From a virus (Duplodnaviria; Heunggongvirae; Uroviricota; Caudoviricetes), in the IMG/VR virus record IMGVR_UViG_3300021400_000141, positions 128,001 through 192,000 of that record: a stretch of DNA of 64,000 nt. One strand, written 5' to 3'. A program made the position numbers and the translations under genes. Below, in pieces: positions 62,024 to 64,000 of this stretch; the stretch's first letter is position 1, and the number at the start of each line of letters is the position of its first letter. The notes below the pieces were generated by a model, which had not been told where the DNA came from, made no database searches, and saw only the letters and a program-made list of their open reading frames with translations.

Positions 62024-64000
62024 GTATTCTTCCTGAACGTCAACTCAATCTTTCTAGCAACGCCACGAGGCACCTTGATGTAAAGTACGATTACAACCGT
62101 GTTGTCCTCGTTGATAGAAACAAAGCTCTTATCCTCAACGACGACAGCCCTAGGTTCATATTTGTTGATTAGTTTTACACACTGGTTCAGCAACTTGGAC
62201 TCGCCATTGAGGTCTCCAATAATCTCGAACACGCTTTCTTCCAATGTTGAACCAAACTCGTCATCATACAAGCGTTCACCGAGGTTTGTCAACAGGATGC
62301 TGTAAACATTCTGCATTAAGCTGTTTTCATCAGCAGTGATGGTGAACGATGAATAGGACAAATCCTTGTTGTAGATAGGTTCATAATTCAGGTCAGAGAA
62401 ACGAGACCGAGAATTCGGTTTCACAATCGATGCTTTCCCATCCACATCAAGTTGTTTATCTTGGTCTTCCCTTGATATGATTTCAAACTTGACATCATCC
62501 GTCCAGTAACAGGAGTTAGCACCCCAGTTGTCATCACCGACATATACCTTAAGTTTGATATTAGACATGATTACACCTGGGTTCTTGATGGTAAGTGTCC
62601 TCCTGTCTGGCGTTCCAGAGAGAATTACGGCAGTAACCCATTCGCCGCCCTCGGTGAGCTGGTACTGTACGATATTGTTCATGAAATTCTGGTTAAACAA
62701 TACGCTGCTTTCAGGAGCAATCATGATGCCGATATCCTCGTGTACATCATAAATGTCCTTCGTCAGGATTATAGGAATATCACATTCAGTAACCTTGACA
62801 TACCTTTCAATAGAAGCCGTCCTGCCACACTCGTCAGTCGCAGTGTAGGTAATCGTATGAATTCCAGAGTCGTCCCAGTTAGTGTTATCGATAGATATTT
62901 CGATGGAGCTCGCTGGCATAGCTTTACCAGTTCCGTCCTCGGCAAAAACATCCCATGGACTCGGTTCAGTCCAAACTTCACCTTTCTTCCACTTCATATT
63001 TTGAGCTTCTGGTGGGTCAAACTTGATGGTCGGAGCAGTGACTACCGTAACAGTGTTCACATAGTTTGACAATGCAGCAGAAACAGGATAATTCCTCCAC
63101 TGTACACCAAAGGTCCTAGTAGTAGGTGTACCTGGCTGAGCACTCGCTAGCACATTGATTGAAATAGTTGTATTCGAATCCGTACTAGGCCGTGGCTTTA
63201 CTATCGAGAACGCTGTTGTATTCAGTCGCAGGTCAAGGAATCCATACTCTTCGCTGTCGAACAAGTTTACACCACGGTATGTCAGAACATCTCCCGTTGC
63301 AACACAAGTCTGTTCCTTCTTAAAGACTATTGGTTCTTGCCAACTATCTTTATTATGAATTTCACCAACGTTCGTGTCGCCAGCCCATACATCAAGTACA
63401 CCATCGCTCTGACTTAGTTCATCTTCCGTAAGAACAAGGTCAAAAGTAAAGTAGTACATATCGTGGTCATCTTTCGAAATAGAACTAATCTTTTCTACTG
63501 GAATAGTGCCAAACCGTGCGAATATGCCAGCGTCCCCTGCATTAGATGATATATTTCTGGAAAGCAAGTTAGCTTCGGAATCACTGACCTTGAAGGTCAA
63601 TGTATGCTTAGTTCCGCTACTGACAACTTTATCAAGTTCCAAGTTAAATATAGTATTCCTAATAGTCAAGTTGATAGTAGTACAATTTCCTGCGGCATCA
63701 TATATATCAAGACCGATACTACGCCGTAGGCTCATGTTAATCTTGATGAACCTGGCATCGTCATTTCCCAATATATATTCTACAGTACCCATACTAAAAT
63801 TTTCCAGTAACTCGTCACCTATTTTATAAATATCATTCACATCTGAAATATAGATGTCGAACGGAACACCAGCCAAATGAGACTCTTCCTCCATATAATA
63901 GACAGGAGATTCTTCATCAATCTGGAGATACAACCTATTGGCATAAGGAAGGGTGTCAACACCGTTATCCTTAACCATGACAGACGTAACTGTGCTATAC
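62020..64000 (-). CDS. gp25: large protein with Ig-like domains and C-terminal baseplate wedge gp25 domain (5' end outside window)
   Basis: DENSLMQNVYSILLTNLGERLYDDEFGS...KYEPR is gp25; GIHTITYTATDECGRTASIERYVKV is Ig-like; the frame is open to the window edge. Confidence 0.8.
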   Translation of the reverse strand, partial: YSTVTSVMVKDNGVDTLPYANRLYLQIDEESPVYYMEEESHLAGVPFDIYISDVNDIYKIGDELLENFSMGTVEYILGNDDARFIKINMSLRRSIGLDIYDAAGNCTTINLTIRNTIFNLELDKVVSSGTKHTLTFKVSDSEANLLSRNISSNAGDAGIFARFGTIPVEKISSISKDDHDMYYFTFDLVLTEDELSQSDGVLDVWAGDTNVGEIHNKDSWQEPIVFKKEQTCVATGDVLTYRGVNLFDSEEYGFLDLRLNTTAFSIVKPRPSTDSNTTISINVLASAQPGTPTTRTFGVQWRNYPVSAALSNYVNTVTVVTAPTIKFDPPEAQNMKWKKGEVWTEPSPWDVFAEDGTGKAMPASSIEISIDNTNWDDSGIHTITYTATDECGRTASIERYVKVTECDIPIILTKDIYDVHEDIGIMIAPESSVLFNQNFMNNIVQYQLTEGGEWVTAVILSGTPDRRTLTIKNPGVIMSNIKLKVYVGDDNWGANSCYWTDDVKFEIISREDQDKQLDVDGKASIVKPNSRSRFSDLNYEPIYNKDLSYSSFTITADENSLMQNVYSILLTNLGERLYDDEFGSTLEESVFEIIGDLNGESKLLNQCVKLINKYEPRAVVVEDKSFVSINEDNTVVIVLYIKVPRGVARKIELTFRKNT

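Noticed and set aside
1-64000. Stop-codon reassignment or introns in core genes
   Set aside because: gp17, gp46, gp47, gp55 and dda read uninterrupted in the standard code, and all three stop codons end genes.

Overview
This 64-kb window is a gene-dense segment of a large T4-like (Tevenvirinae-related, probably jumbo) myophage genome read with the standard genetic code. Recognisable core genes are large terminase gp17, a probable small terminase gp16, UvsY, gp47 and gp46 (about 53.5 kb apart), late sigma factor gp55, Dda helicase, head completion nuclease gp4, tail and baseplate proteins (gp3, gp15, gp25-fusion, gp26, gp27, gp48, gp53, gp54-like, probable gp29) and large fibre-like proteins. 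Accessory genes include three glycosyltransferases, a degenerate UDP-galactopyranose mutase, a membrane-anchored DHFR-like protein, an HD/alarmone hydrolase-like protein, MoxR and vWA proteins, two GNATs, an AT-hook protein and an outer-membrane beta-barrel, which points to a diderm host. Three promoter classes are visible by eye: sigma70-type TTG(A/C)(C/A)A-17-TA(T/A)(A/T)TT (three apparently leaderless), an AAAATGTAWWTTA class, and 13 copies of a late motif TATAAACTA, often in back-to-back pairs. Main highlights: (1) eight unrelated late proteins, including an amidase, a lytic transglycosylase and a peptidoglycan-binding protein, share a 30-40 aa N-terminal leader ending in hydrophobic-E-[S/A/G], a candidate capsid-targeting and protease-cleaved cargo system; (2) a compact multi-hairpin, pseudoknotted candidate ncRNA at about 22.5 kb; (3) an AT-rich swappable fibre-tip domain followed by a GC-rich structured element; (4) a candidate +1 frameshift at the end of the gp26-like gene. 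All family calls come from motif recognition by eye; no database searches were run.
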